A DNA stretch of 42,656 bases, taken from NCBI GenBank assembly GCA_048938445.1, contig JBHLME010000024.1, forward strand, positions 1 through 42,656. Direction: 5' to 3'. Shown here piece by piece: positions 9,322 through 19,282 of this stretch; the stretch's first letter is position 1, and every line of letters begins with the position of its first letter. Below the pieces are notes generated by a model, which was not told the DNA's origin, ran no database searches, and worked only from the letters and a program-made list of their open reading frames with translations. Position numbers and translations under genes: made by a program. The DNA is from Promethearchaeota archaeon. Lineage in GTDB: Archaea > Asgardarchaeota > Lokiarchaeia > Sigyniarchaeales > SOKP01.

Positions 9322-9657
9322 TTACTGATTCAACAGTTCTTTTTTAATTTCATATAATTTTTCATAATAAGTAAAGTTTAGTTTATTCATGTCTTGAATA
9401 AATTGAGGTTCAACAGACATGTCTCCAGAAAGTTGAATTACTAAATCTCCAATAACGTTAACAAGATCTTCATTTTTAAAATGAAATTCAAAATCTTTAA
9501 TACTTACTTTAATTTTGCCTGTAGTATCATCCAAAATGAAATTATCATTTTCGACATGGTCTTTTACATACCCTGTTACTTGGATCCTGACATCATCGTT
9601 TTTAATGTCTTTTATCATCCTTTGTTTTGCTGTTTGAATTTCCATTACAATAAACAC
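9322..9657 (-). CDS. Small OB-fold protein, RPA small-subunit-like
   Basis: RIQVTGYV, FILDDTTGKIKV and LVNVIG are OB-fold strands; position just upstream of tfs. Confidence 0.75.
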   Translation of the reverse strand: MFIVMEIQTAKQRMIKDIKNDDVRIQVTGYVKDHVENDNFILDDTTGKIKVSIKDFEFHFKNEDLVNVIGDLVIQLSGDMSVEPQFIQDMNKLNFTYYEKLYEIKKELLNQ

Positions 9658-9998
9658 ATTTGATTAAAGCTATACATTAGTAAATTCTTGCTTAATATAA
9701 ATAATTAATCCATTTTGATAAAAAATGCTATTATTGGTTTAAAGTTCAATACTATCTTATTATTTTTTAGATATCTTATTATTCATCAGTCAATGTTGAA
9801 ATTAACAATCGGACTATATAAAATTCTTATATCATTCAATTTATTGATAAATCAATAAATATTTAAAAATCAAATTTAAATATTATAATAAAGTGTATAT
9901 TTGTTATAAGAGTACGAAAATTTTTTACAAATATTATCTTTATATATAATTAGGAGTAAATATTATTTGTCAAAATATAAGGTTTTGAGGGGTAAGGA

Positions 9999-10229
9999 AT
10001 GGAAATGTCTTATTTAATAGATAAATCATTAGTATTGGATCCTGAACGAAGAAATCCATTTAGTAAGACTAGAAATATTTTTTGTCGGGGATGCTTAAAA
10101 CAAATCAAAGAGGAAGATCTAGATAAAGTTTTTAAAATTTCTTTTGGAATGGCGATCGACGACGTGTTTTTCCCTGAGAAAAGAAAATATTATTATCACA
10201 TAAATTGCATGCAAAAAAAGCGCAAATAA
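9999..10229 (+). CDS. Small CxxC-x34-HxxC zinc-finger protein, paralog 4
   Basis: CRGCLKQI...YYYHINC; GAGGGGT upstream. Confidence 0.8.
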   Translation: MEMSYLIDKSLVLDPERRNPFSKTRNIFCRGCLKQIKEEDLDKVFKISFGMAIDDVFFPEKRKYYYHINCMQKKRK

Positions 10230-10312
10230 ATTCAAATAATTAACGTTTAAATACACGGAATTACATGTTTTAATTGAAAAATTGATTAAATTATTTTGAA
10301 AAGTGAAATAAT

Positions 10313-10534
10313 TTGGATAAAGATATAAAAAAAACAGTCATTCTTGACCCTGAAAAAGAAAATCCCTTTACCCCTAAAAAAACTATAAATTGTCGGGCAT
10401 GTAAGAAACCAATTAGCAAACAAGAATTAAATGATGCCATAAGAGTTAATGCTGGGATGTCCGTCGATGATGCGTTCTTTCCAGAAAAAAGAACATATTA
10501 TTATCATAAAAATTGTTATAAAGAAACGGAATAA
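10313..10534 (+). CDS. Small CxxC-x34-HxxC zinc-finger protein, paralog 5
   Basis: CRACKKPI...YYYHKNC; shares LDPE..NPF and DDxFFPEKRxYYYH with paralog 4. Confidence 0.8.
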   Translation: MDKDIKKTVILDPEKENPFTPKKTINCRACKKPISKQELNDAIRVNAGMSVDDAFFPEKRTYYYHKNCYKETE

Positions 10535-10617
10535 TTGGATATTTACTTGCATTAATATTATTATTAATTAAATGATGAATTAACAATAAAAATCTAGAAC
10601 TCAAATGAAAGGATATG

Positions 10618-11589
10618 TTAATAAAATTTTTTAAATAATCCACAGATTAGATAATCGAACCAAAAGTTTAAATCTTTATCTTTCGATCTTAACATACTTA
10701 AATCCCATGTTCCATCTTCTTTTTGTTGGGAGATGAACCAATCTAAAGCTGCTCTAATTTGTTGTTCCTTTTTTGAAAAACCTAATGAGACTAGGGAATC
10801 TAAAGCAGATATTAAATCAGTAAACCAAAATGGGAACGAAAATTTTAACCAATAACTCTTATCCTTCCGATCACTGTACTTATCATTTTGAAAAAAGCGA
10901 CTCATTAATAACCTGCCAGCATGTTGGGTTTCGTCCCTTTTCTGATAATCGGAGTGTATAGCGAAAGGACGTAAAACCACGCCCGTGATCATGTGAGAAA
11001 AAGGTTTTTTTTTGTCCGGAAGTAATGGTTCTGAAAGAGTAAAAGCATCTTCCCATTTAATTTTAAGTGTTCTCAATGCTATTGTCCATCCACCATCATC
11101 TTGTCTAATTGATAAAAGCCAATCCAATCCCTTTCTTATTGTTTCATTATCTTCATATCCTGCTTTTATGAGTTGTTCAAGGATCGCGGCAGTATAGTTA
11201 GGGGAATATTGAGTTGCATAAATCCCTCTAATATCACCTTCCGAAGTTTGCTTAGATAATAAATATTTAGCGGCTTTTTGTATAGAGAGGTGATTTTTAT
11301 TGAATCCAAATTTTTCTACAAGTACCCCTAAATTTCTAAAGGTTTCAATTTGGTTATAATCTTCTTGCCAACGTAAATTTTCCTTTACTTTACCGGGATA
11401 TTTCCAAAATCCCTCCTCTTGTTGCTTTTTAAGAATATCTATAGCGCTTGGTAATTCCCATAGAGATTCAATTGGATTGACCTTTTGTTCTAATAAATCT
11501 CTTTTAACAAAATATATTATTGCTTTATTTTTACATGATAAAAGTGGAGGGATGGGATCATGTTTTAATTGTTCTTTCCAAGATTTCAT
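10618..11589 (-). CDS. Prenyltransferase/squalene-cyclase repeat (alpha/alpha toroid) protein
   Basis: QW-like repeats LKKQQEEGFW, YLLSKQTSEG, WLLSIRQDDGGW, WFISQQKEDGTW. Confidence 0.75.
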   Translation of the reverse strand: MKSWKEQLKHDPIPPLLSCKNKAIIYFVKRDLLEQKVNPIESLWELPSAIDILKKQQEEGFWKYPGKVKENLRWQEDYNQIETFRNLGVLVEKFGFNKNHLSIQKAAKYLLSKQTSEGDIRGIYATQYSPNYTAAILEQLIKAGYEDNETIRKGLDWLLSIRQDDGGWTIALRTLKIKWEDAFTLSEPLLPDKKKPFSHMITGVVLRPFAIHSDYQKRDETQHAGRLLMSRFFQNDKYSDRKDKSYWLKFSFPFWFTDLISALDSLVSLGFSKKEQQIRAALDWFISQQKEDGTWDLSMLRSKDKDLNFWFDYLICGLFKKFY

Positions 11590-11779
11590 TTAATATCATC
11601 CTAAATTTTAAATTTCTTATTTTTTCTTTAAATATTTATACTCTCATATTTTTTAAGTTTAGTTAAAATATTTAGTTCAAAGAAATTAGTGTTATTAAAA
11701 CACTAATATTAAATTTTAAAATGGAATTATGTCTAAGAATATTATCAGAAATATAAATGAATAAATAAATGAAAAAATC

Positions 11780-12580
11780 ATGACATTCAAGTTAAAGTTA
11801 GAAAATAGTCGGATATTAAAGGGCATTATAGAAACATTAGCAAGTATTATCGACGAGACAGAATTTCAAGTTACTCCAAAGGAATTTACAATATCTGCAA
11901 TGGATCCCTCAAGAATTTGCTTGCTAAAATTGTCAATTAAAAAGGAAAATTTTGACGAGTATGATTGCAGTAAAGAGGCAAAAGTTGGACTCAATTTGGA
12001 TGATTTAGATAAAATTTTAAAAAGGAGTTCTACGAATGATTCCGTAGAAATTGATTTTAACGAAGCCGATAACAAGATAAAGATTAAGATGAAGCGTGAA
12101 GGGGCTGCTCGCATTCGAACGTTTAGTTTAGCGTTATTAGACATCGACATTGAAGAAATCCCCATGGAAAACTTGCTTAATATTGAATATCCTTCCGAAT
12201 TTGTTATTGACCCAGAATTTCTCGTTGAAGCCATTAAGGATGCTGAAATATATTCAGAAATCTTAAATATCAAGGCAATGGAAGAACAAGGATTGATATT
12301 CAGTTCAATTGGTCAAATTGGGGAAATGGAATATGATTTGAGCAAGGATGATTTGATTGAAAGTAATCTCAATGATACTAATAGCGGAGCCTACTCGCTA
12401 ACCTTTCTAAAGGCAATTTTAAAAATAGCTTCTATAACTGAAAAGTTAAAAATATCCTTAAGAACTGACCATCCCCTCAAGATGATTTTTAATCTCCTCG
12501 AAGGCGGTGAATTGAGCTACTTTTTGGCACCTCGTGTTGAAGAAGCTGATTTCGATGAAGATGATATGGATGAATTTTAA
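11780..12580 (+). CDS. pcna: DNA polymerase sliding clamp PCNA
   Basis: AMDPSRICL, YSLTFL and YFLAPRVE motifs; acidic C-terminal tail. Confidence 0.97.
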   Translation: MTFKLKLENSRILKGIIETLASIIDETEFQVTPKEFTISAMDPSRICLLKLSIKKENFDEYDCSKEAKVGLNLDDLDKILKRSSTNDSVEIDFNEADNKIKIKMKREGAARIRTFSLALLDIDIEEIPMENLLNIEYPSEFVIDPEFLVEAIKDAEIYSEILNIKAMEEQGLIFSSIGQIGEMEYDLSKDDLIESNLNDTNSGAYSLTFLKAILKIASITEKLKISLRTDHPLKMIFNLLEGGELSYFLAPRVEEADFDEDDMDEF

Positions 12581-12601
12581 GTTTTTTTTCTTGTTTTTTC
12601 A

Positions 12602-13558
12602 CTAAACAATATGGCTTTTCAGCGTCTCATAAGCTGAGGGTCCAGCAGAGAACGGACATACTTTAATACATATGCTACATCCTGCTGTTTTCAAAAATTG
12701 AGGAAAACATTTTTCTCGGTCTATGCATGTCCTCATAGCTCCAAGACCCTCAACGTTATTGATGTTTATCTTCTTTTCCTCTTGAATAGCTCCAGTTGGA
12801 CAGTTTTTTTGACAAATTCCGCAATTTTTACACTGTTCCTCTATCCAGATATGGTCCGAGTTTTCTGTTGTCTCAAAAATTTTCTGTTCAATAAAAATAG
12901 GTGCTAATCGATGGCGAGGACCACATTCAGGTGTTATTAGCATACCGTGCCTTCCTTGCCATCCCATCCCTGCCTTACCAGCAAGAGGTGGAGTACAAAC
13001 GAGACCCCCAAGAGGGTGATTAGCTTGACACCGTACCCCTCTTTTTCTTAACCAACGGGCGATCTCACCAACTGCCGCACCTAAAGTCGAATAAACACGC
13101 ATAACCTCCCTACCAGCGAGAGGTAAAGGAGCCTCATCGATTTTTTCCTTTTTCATTTCTTGAATAAAAACAAGAGCATACTGGAAAAGAACGAATTTAT
13201 TTTTGAAAATTAACTGAGGCGGTAATTCAGTAAATCCAATTTTAATAATATCCCATTTGTTAGATGCATATTCATTCAGTTCCTTCCATAAACTAGTGTT
13301 AACAGTTGGTGTTTTAGTCTCATTATGAATAAAAGTTGATGATTTAATTTTATCCAAATAGGGATTTAAATCTCGAAAACTTCGTTTTCTCCATCTCGTC
13401 AATTTAAACATCAGTTTTCCCATAAACATTAAAAAAGAAATTTTTTTACCTTCCCCTGAAAATTGTTTAAATCTTTCTCTTTTAGATATTTTATATCGTC
13501 CTAAACTAAATAAGTATTCAAATCCTTCGGTTACTGATGATTCGTGACTAGAAATCAC
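12602..13558 (-). CDS. 4Fe-4S dicluster protein of the QueG/reductive dehalogenase superfamily (start moved to GTG at 13558)
   Basis: AGMGWQGRHGMLITPECGPRHRL; CKNCGICQKNCP; C...CSICIKVCP. The ORF-track ATG at 13681 overlaps an inverted repeat. Confidence 0.8.
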   Translation of the reverse strand: MISSHESSVTEGFEYLFSLGRYKISKRERFKQFSGEGKKISFLMFMGKLMFKLTRWRKRSFRDLNPYLDKIKSSTFIHNETKTPTVNTSLWKELNEYASNKWDIIKIGFTELPPQLIFKNKFVLFQYALVFIQEMKKEKIDEAPLPLAGREVMRVYSTLGAAVGEIARWLRKRGVRCQANHPLGGLVCTPPLAGKAGMGWQGRHGMLITPECGPRHRLAPIFIEQKIFETTENSDHIWIEEQCKNCGICQKNCPTGAIQEEKKININNVEGLGAMRTCIDREKCFPQFLKTAGCSICIKVCPFSAGPSAYETLKSHIV

Positions 13559-13672
13559 TTGTTTTGGATAGTTTTGGCAGAAATCTAGGAAATTTAATTC
13601 ATATTTTCCTTGAAAAACAAAACTATTCTTCTTTTCGGACACAATGATAATAAAGAAATTTTGATATTTAAT

Positions 13673-13692
13673 TATTTGCATTTCTGCAAATA
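13673..13692. promoter_or_regulatory. Putative MarR operator (TATTTGCA-N4-TGCAAATA)
   Basis: Perfect 8-bp inverted repeat between divergent genes, followed by a degenerate second copy (TTCCA-AAAA-TGCAA). Confidence 0.65.
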
Positions 13693-13740
13693 TTCCAAAA
13701 ATGCAAAAATATTTAATTCATATAAAGCTTAATTTATTTA

Positions 13741-14205
13741 ATGAGTGGTGAAGAAGAGCAGTTTATAGAGATTTTTACAACTTTTGTTGAACGGTTTACT
13801 CAAGGTATGGAAGCATTTGAATATAACGGAAAACAAATTGGAACTGGAATATTTTTACTTAATTATATTGGGAAACACCCCAATTGTTCCATGTCTGAAA
13901 TTGTTGAATTTTTAAAATTGATTCCCAGTGCTGCCACCAGGAGAATTGATAAATTGGTAAACTTTGGTTTAGTAAACAGAACTAATGATGAAAAAGATCG
14001 TCGAATTGTTAATCTAAATTTATCTGAAGAAGGGTTTGAACTATATAAAAATTTTTTTAAACGTCGATTATTTGCTATGGAAATGATGAAAAAAGTGGTC
14101 GATCCAAATGATTTGAAGACTTTTTTTAAAATTTTAAAAATGGGACTTGAATTAGATTCAAAAATTAAAGATAAACAGGATTTTTTTAAACTAAAGGAGG
14201 AATAA
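13741..14205 (+). CDS. MarR-family transcriptional regulator
   Basis: SAATRRIDKLVNFGLVNR...DRRIVNLNLSEEG. Confidence 0.92.
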   Translation: MSGEEEQFIEIFTTFVERFTQGMEAFEYNGKQIGTGIFLLNYIGKHPNCSMSEIVEFLKLIPSAATRRIDKLVNFGLVNRTNDEKDRRIVNLNLSEEGFELYKNFFKRRLFAMEMMKKVVDPNDLKTFFKILKMGLELDSKIKDKQDFFKLKEE

Positions 14206-14659
14206 TTTCTATTTGTTTAATCTAAAAGAATATATTTAATACAAAATAGAAAATAGTATTCTCCTTATCATTTCACAATTACTTATCTTATTTTGTTTTT
14301 TTTAATGCAATTTTTTGGGTATTTCTTATTGAAGATATTTCATAGAGCATCATAGCTGTACGATTTGTATAAAAGAGTGTCAATTCAATAAACTAGGGTA
14401 TAATTCAACAAAGATGAAAAATCAATAACAATAGTAAATTTGTTTTTTGATGCTTTATAAAGGTATTAAAATATTGTGATTATAGACCCGATCATTTTTA
14501 AATCATATTTATAAAGGAAGATTGCTATATAATAATTTAACAAGAAAATATCCATTAATGTTGAAAATCTAATTCAAAAATTTGATTTTAATTAGATAAT
14601 TTGTCCGATTTTATAAATTTGTCTTTAAAATAATTTTATCAAGAAGAGGGATTCAAGAA

Positions 14660-15463
14660 TTGGACTTAGATAAGTTTGAACGAAATTTAAATAAAATTAT
14701 TTCTATGATGGAAGATAGAAAAACCCACATAATAATTTTAGATAGGATATATCTTCCTGAGTTAATTGATAGTGAATTATGGAAAATTGATGATAAAAAA
14801 GATGGTTTACCTTTAATAGAATTGGATTTTGGGTTATACTTAAGTCAAAAAAGGATTTTAATAGAATATTCAGATTCATTAATTCATTTAATTAGAGTTG
14901 ATAAGGATATAGAAAATTTAGATCAGTATGAAATTCTGAACATTGTAGCAACGATTAATTTTAAAATTAAAGAAAAGATGGATCTGAATATCATCAAACA
15001 AAAAAACAGTGATGCAGAATATAATCCCGAAAGATTTCCCGGATTAGTTATGAGAATATGCAATCCGAAAGCTACTTTTCTCATATTTTCAACGGGAAAG
15101 ATGGTGGTCACTGGAATTCGCAAAGTTGAAGATATTACACGTGGAGTGGACAAAGTAATAAAAAATATTAAAAAAGCAGGAATAAAAGTCGCAAATCCAG
15201 ACATTACAATTCATAATTTTGTCTCTAGTGAAAATTTACATATAAATATAGATTTAAACCTAGCCGCTATTGTAATGGAAAACGTCATGTACGAACCTGA
15301 AGTATTCCCGGGTTTAATCTACCGAATGCAGGATCCCAAAGTTACTTTTTCAATTTTTTCAACTGGTATGCTTATATGTACAGGTGCTAAGGATGAAAAG
15401 ATGCTTAGAAAAGCAATATCAAAATTAAAAGATATAATAGCCACATTGGATCTTTTAAAATAA
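14660..15463 (+). CDS. tbp: TATA-box binding protein paralog with ~90-aa N-terminal extension
   Basis: Two TBP repeats: NIVAT..YNPERFPGL..LIFSTGKMVVTG and YEPEVFPGLIYR..IFSTG..ICTGAK. Confidence 0.9.
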   Translation: MDLDKFERNLNKIISMMEDRKTHIIILDRIYLPELIDSELWKIDDKKDGLPLIELDFGLYLSQKRILIEYSDSLIHLIRVDKDIENLDQYEILNIVATINFKIKEKMDLNIIKQKNSDAEYNPERFPGLVMRICNPKATFLIFSTGKMVVTGIRKVEDITRGVDKVIKNIKKAGIKVANPDITIHNFVSSENLHINIDLNLAAIVMENVMYEPEVFPGLIYRMQDPKVTFSIFSTGMLICTGAKDEKMLRKAISKLKDIIATLDLLK

Positions 15464-15539
15464 GATTATTATTAAAAGATTAATGTGAATGATGAGGATT
15501 GAAAAATATTTTTTATTCTATTATTTTATCAAATTTAAT

Positions 15540-15995
15540 TCAATTATTTTCGGGGATATTCATGTTTTTAGAGAATTTTTCTAAAAATTCATTTACCTCT
15601 TTAATCTCTTCATCCTCTACATCTGGACAATATGCTACTACATCCATTTTAGGATTGTAAAATTGAAATTCTCGTCCTTTTTTAGTGAGCTTTACTAGCC
15701 AACTTCTCCTATCATCTGGATTTAATTCCCGATGAATGAATCCATTTTTTTCTAATGTATCAACAACACCCGTTATTGTAGATCGTGAAGTACCTGTTAT
15801 TTTAGAAAGTTGCTTGCTTTGAAGACCGTCCTTTTTCCATAATTCTCGTAAAATGAGAAATTGAGGAGGAGTGATATTTTCTTCCTTTAAAATATGACGC
15901 TGTATCGTATCGAACTGCCTGCTTAATTTTTTTACAATGCGAAATAATCGATAACAATTATTTTGAATGAGTTCATTGTTATTTAATTTAGACAT
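15540..15995 (-). CDS. MarR-family transcriptional regulator (start moved to MSKLNN)
   Basis: ITPPQFLIL, STITGVVDTLEKNGFI, DDRRSWLVKLTKKG. Confidence 0.92.
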   Translation of the reverse strand: MSKLNNNELIQNNCYRLFRIVKKLSRQFDTIQRHILKEENITPPQFLILRELWKKDGLQSKQLSKITGTSRSTITGVVDTLEKNGFIHRELNPDDRRSWLVKLTKKGREFQFYNPKMDVVAYCPDVEDEEIKEVNEFLEKFSKNMNIPENN

Positions 15996-16099
15996 GATGG
16001 TTAACACGACTATAATATAATTATAAGATTGAATATAGTTGAAAATGAATATAAAGCTAATACTTCTATTAATAATAAGGTCTTCTCTCATATAAAAGT

Positions 16100-16169
16100 T
16101 TTGGTACCAAATAATTCGGGATCGAAATACTTATATATTATGATTAATACTTGATGATTAGGTACCAAA
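16100..16169. promoter_or_regulatory. Three putative MarR operators, consensus TTTGGTACCAAA
   Basis: TTTGGTACCAAA (16100-16111, perfect palindrome), TTCGGGATCGAA (16115-16126), TTAGGTACCAAA (16158-16169), flanking a TTATATA box. Confidence 0.7.
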
Positions 16170-16258
16170 CATTTTAATAACAAACTAGTTTGAAATTTAG
16201 AATGTCAGAGGTCCTACTATAAAATATTAAAAAATAAAAATTGAGAAGTGAAATGTAA

Positions 16259-16843
16259 ATGGTAGAATGCGATAAGCAAATATCGTCTATAACCGATGAG
16301 AATAAAATTGATTTTTTACGAAAAAATTGGTTCTCTCATGACGCTCGATGGCAAATGGAAGTTGTTAAAAATTTTGGATGGGAAGCTGGAAATAAAATCA
16401 ATCAAGCTGTTATTAAAGATATTGGAAAGGTCATGATGTTCAGGATGATGAAAATACTGGGTATATCAGAAGCAACAAATGTTAATGAATTGAGGAATTT
16501 AATATTACCAATTGTCACGCTTAATTTTCCTCCACCTTTAAATGTCTACCAATTAGAACATGTTTCAAGTTCATCACTTTGCATTAAATGCCAGAAATGT
16601 TCTACATATGATAATGTTAAAAAAGTAAATGCTACGAAACTATATGAATGTGGTTGCTTTTCATTACGAAAAGGTTTTTTTGAAGCATTAAACCTCACTC
16701 TCGAACAAGAACTTGAAAGCTGTCTCATGAACGGGGATAAAGAATGTAAAATAATTCTAAAAATCAAGGAATGGGAAAATTTGAAAGAAGGAGCTACAGA
16801 ACAAGTACAAAATTCAGAAAAGCAAAAATCTTCAATGATATAA
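16259..16843 (+). CDS. DUF6125/V4R-like Cys-containing ligand-binding protein
   Basis: WFSHDARW motif; C...YECGC...CLMNGDKEC pattern. Confidence 0.65.
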   Translation: MVECDKQISSITDENKIDFLRKNWFSHDARWQMEVVKNFGWEAGNKINQAVIKDIGKVMMFRMMKILGISEATNVNELRNLILPIVTLNFPPPLNVYQLEHVSSSSLCIKCQKCSTYDNVKKVNATKLYECGCFSLRKGFFEALNLTLEQELESCLMNGDKECKIILKIKEWENLKEGATEQVQNSEKQKSSMI

Positions 16844-17128
16844 CCAATATTAGTTTTTTTAATATCTCTTATTTGATTTATTTTGAAAATTTCCAAGTTT
16901 GGAAAACTACAATGTGAATCTATATAAATATCAAAAGTGAATCTTTTTCTTTAATATGGCATTATAGAAGATTTCATTAGATTTACATAAATTATATTTC
17001 TAATCTATTACCAATAAACGGAAAAAACATAGCTTTTATAAAGAACAAAAGCATTGGGTGTAATTAATATTAAATAAAAATTCAAAAGTTTTTACTGAAT
17101 TATACAAAAAAAAAAAAAGGTCAACAAA

Positions 17129-19072
17129 ATGTCAAAAAAAGTAGTAGCTTTAGCTATTTTTCTAGCTGCATTCGGAGGAATAATGATTTCTGGTGGATTT
17201 ATTGTCAATAATATCATAAGAGATTTAACATACGGATCTATTGATGAAGGTCTTTTAGGAATTAAGGAACAAGGAATTCCAATTGTAGAAGAATCCTTAT
17301 ATCAAATTGGTCCCGCGTCCGCATTAGCCATAATAAAGGAACAAGGAGCAGCTGCTTCAGCACCATTAGCAAATGGAACAATTTGGATGGGGCATGTCTT
17401 AACTGTAGAAAAGCTTAGCATGTATGATCCATTACCAGTTTTACCAGCATTGCCAATACAATCACAATATTTCGACGAGGTTGCAGTACCATTATTTGGA
17501 GGAGGGGCTGAATTTAATTTCAGTGAAGGAGCATCTTTGTTAGGCTATCCTCCTATTAAAGGAGTTTCAGAGTGGTATCGTTCTGATTTGAATTTTACTA
17601 AAGGATTTGAGACATTGGATTTTACTGGTTTAAATAACTTAAAATATGGTGTAAACACCACAGAAATGTGGTGGGGAAAGCGTCTTCCAGGTATATATGA
17701 AGATACTTATAGGAGAGTCGGGGATGCTGAATGGCCTCCTAAAAATCCTAAATACAATTTTTCAGTATCAGTAGCAACTGTAGATCTTAATCAAGATAGA
17801 GGTTTCGGCGTAATGGAGATTTTAAAATTAATTGAGAGTGCAAATAAAAGCCAACTTGAGGAAATGGCAGGTTTAAATGGATATAATCTTACTAATCCTA
17901 CAGATAATTTTACGTATAATGGAGAAGAATACAATAAATTGAGGATATTGTACTTTTATCTTACGGAATATTTCTTTATAGAGGCAATAAGCATGATTGT
18001 CGCTGATTTTAATGATGAAACTTCAACATTATACGATGAATTTCCTCAATATCAACCAAGAGATTGGAATGGTAATGATTTTTCCTATGATGATATCTTG
18101 CTCTATAGTATAATCGAACAATGGGCAAAATGTATCTCATATGACGAAGGAGCGGATTTACACGATTCTGAACCTAAGATCCCCGTTGGAACATATGGAT
18201 TAGAACCTGGTGGACCTGGAAAAGATTCTGGTATTCCCATGGAAGCCGCTCTCCAACTATGGAATGAAACAAATGAATATTCTATTGCGAATTTTCCAAC
18301 AGGTATAGAAAAGTGGTATAATGCTTATTTCGATACTGAAACATACAACGAACTGCTAAATGAATTTTCTCAATATCCGGGATTTGATTATGAGAATGAC
18401 ACGTATGGCACCTTTGGATGGGGCTTTAATGAAACGGATATGGACTTAATTCTTGATTGGCTTTGGGGTAATGGAGGCGGATGGGGGAGTGGTTCATTTT
18501 CTGAATATTTGCTTCCAATACTCATTGAGGCAAATTATGACAAGAAAATAGAAGAATTTAGTTTCCAAATTTTATTAGAACAATGGGCGAATGGAACGAT
18601 AATGGGACGTGGATTGTATCCTGGAGGATTTCCACTTCCTCTAGGATTCATGGAAATCTATGGATTTGAAATAGGGTATCAAGGACCGGGCAAAAATATC
18701 ATTCCAACGAATATGTCATTAGCGTCAGCTTTAGCGTTATGGGATAGCTCAAGTGATTTTTCATTAGTAACAAAAAATGGTTTACAGAAATGGTTTGATG
18801 CGATTGGTGGTGATACTAATGCATATGAAGCATTAAAAACAACAAACGATTTAACCGATGCCGCAATGAATCTAATCATGAACTGGATCCCTAACTTTCA
18901 GCAGAACGTAATGCCATATCTTGCTCAATACCAAATGGGTTTACCAACAGATTCAATATCCTTAGGGAATATAATTCAAGTTGCGGGTATTGGGATGGGT
19001 GCAACGTGTATAGGATTAGCAGCATTAACTATTACAGGTAATATTGTTGCTAAAAGAAAACGGATTGCTTAG
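17129..19072 (+). CDS. Membrane protein with N- and C-terminal TM helices and an internally repeated ectodomain
   Basis: Hydrophobic termini, basic C-terminal tail, EQWA-containing repeats 154 aa apart. Confidence 0.75.
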   Translation: MSKKVVALAIFLAAFGGIMISGGFIVNNIIRDLTYGSIDEGLLGIKEQGIPIVEESLYQIGPASALAIIKEQGAAASAPLANGTIWMGHVLTVEKLSMYDPLPVLPALPIQSQYFDEVAVPLFGGGAEFNFSEGASLLGYPPIKGVSEWYRSDLNFTKGFETLDFTGLNNLKYGVNTTEMWWGKRLPGIYEDTYRRVGDAEWPPKNPKYNFSVSVATVDLNQDRGFGVMEILKLIESANKSQLEEMAGLNGYNLTNPTDNFTYNGEEYNKLRILYFYLTEYFFIEAISMIVADFNDETSTLYDEFPQYQPRDWNGNDFSYDDILLYSIIEQWAKCISYDEGADLHDSEPKIPVGTYGLEPGGPGKDSGIPMEAALQLWNETNEYSIANFPTGIEKWYNAYFDTETYNELLNEFSQYPGFDYENDTYGTFGWGFNETDMDLILDWLWGNGGGWGSGSFSEYLLPILIEANYDKKIEEFSFQILLEQWANGTIMGRGLYPGGFPLPLGFMEIYGFEIGYQGPGKNIIPTNMSLASALALWDSSSDFSLVTKNGLQKWFDAIGGDTNAYEALKTTNDLTDAAMNLIMNWIPNFQQNVMPYLAQYQMGLPTDSISLGNIIQVAGIGMGATCIGLAALTITGNIVAKRKRIA

Positions 19073-19282
19073 AAGCAAGAAAGCACTCCAATTTGAATAA
19101 AATTAACTGTAAAAATTAAATTAAAATAAAAAATTACTTTTTTTTATATCTTCATTATTACAACTCCTTGTACCATTTTTTTATAAAAATTATACTAAAA
19201 TCAATTATTTTTAAAGAAATAATTGAAAATTTTTTATGAAATGAGTAATTTTTATGAATAATTACATTTTTGTGTAATAAAA

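Noticed and set aside
10618-11589. Squalene-hopene or sterol cyclase
   Set aside because: Only about half the expected length and no DxDD/DCTAE catalytic motif; only generic QW-like repeats
12602-13558. Respiratory reductive dehalogenase
   Set aside because: No twin-arginine signal and no adjacent rdhB membrane anchor
13559-13681. N-terminal 41 aa of the Fe-S protein as given in the ORF track
   Set aside because: Low-complexity AT-rich translation whose ATG lies within the operator dyad; a later start is more plausible
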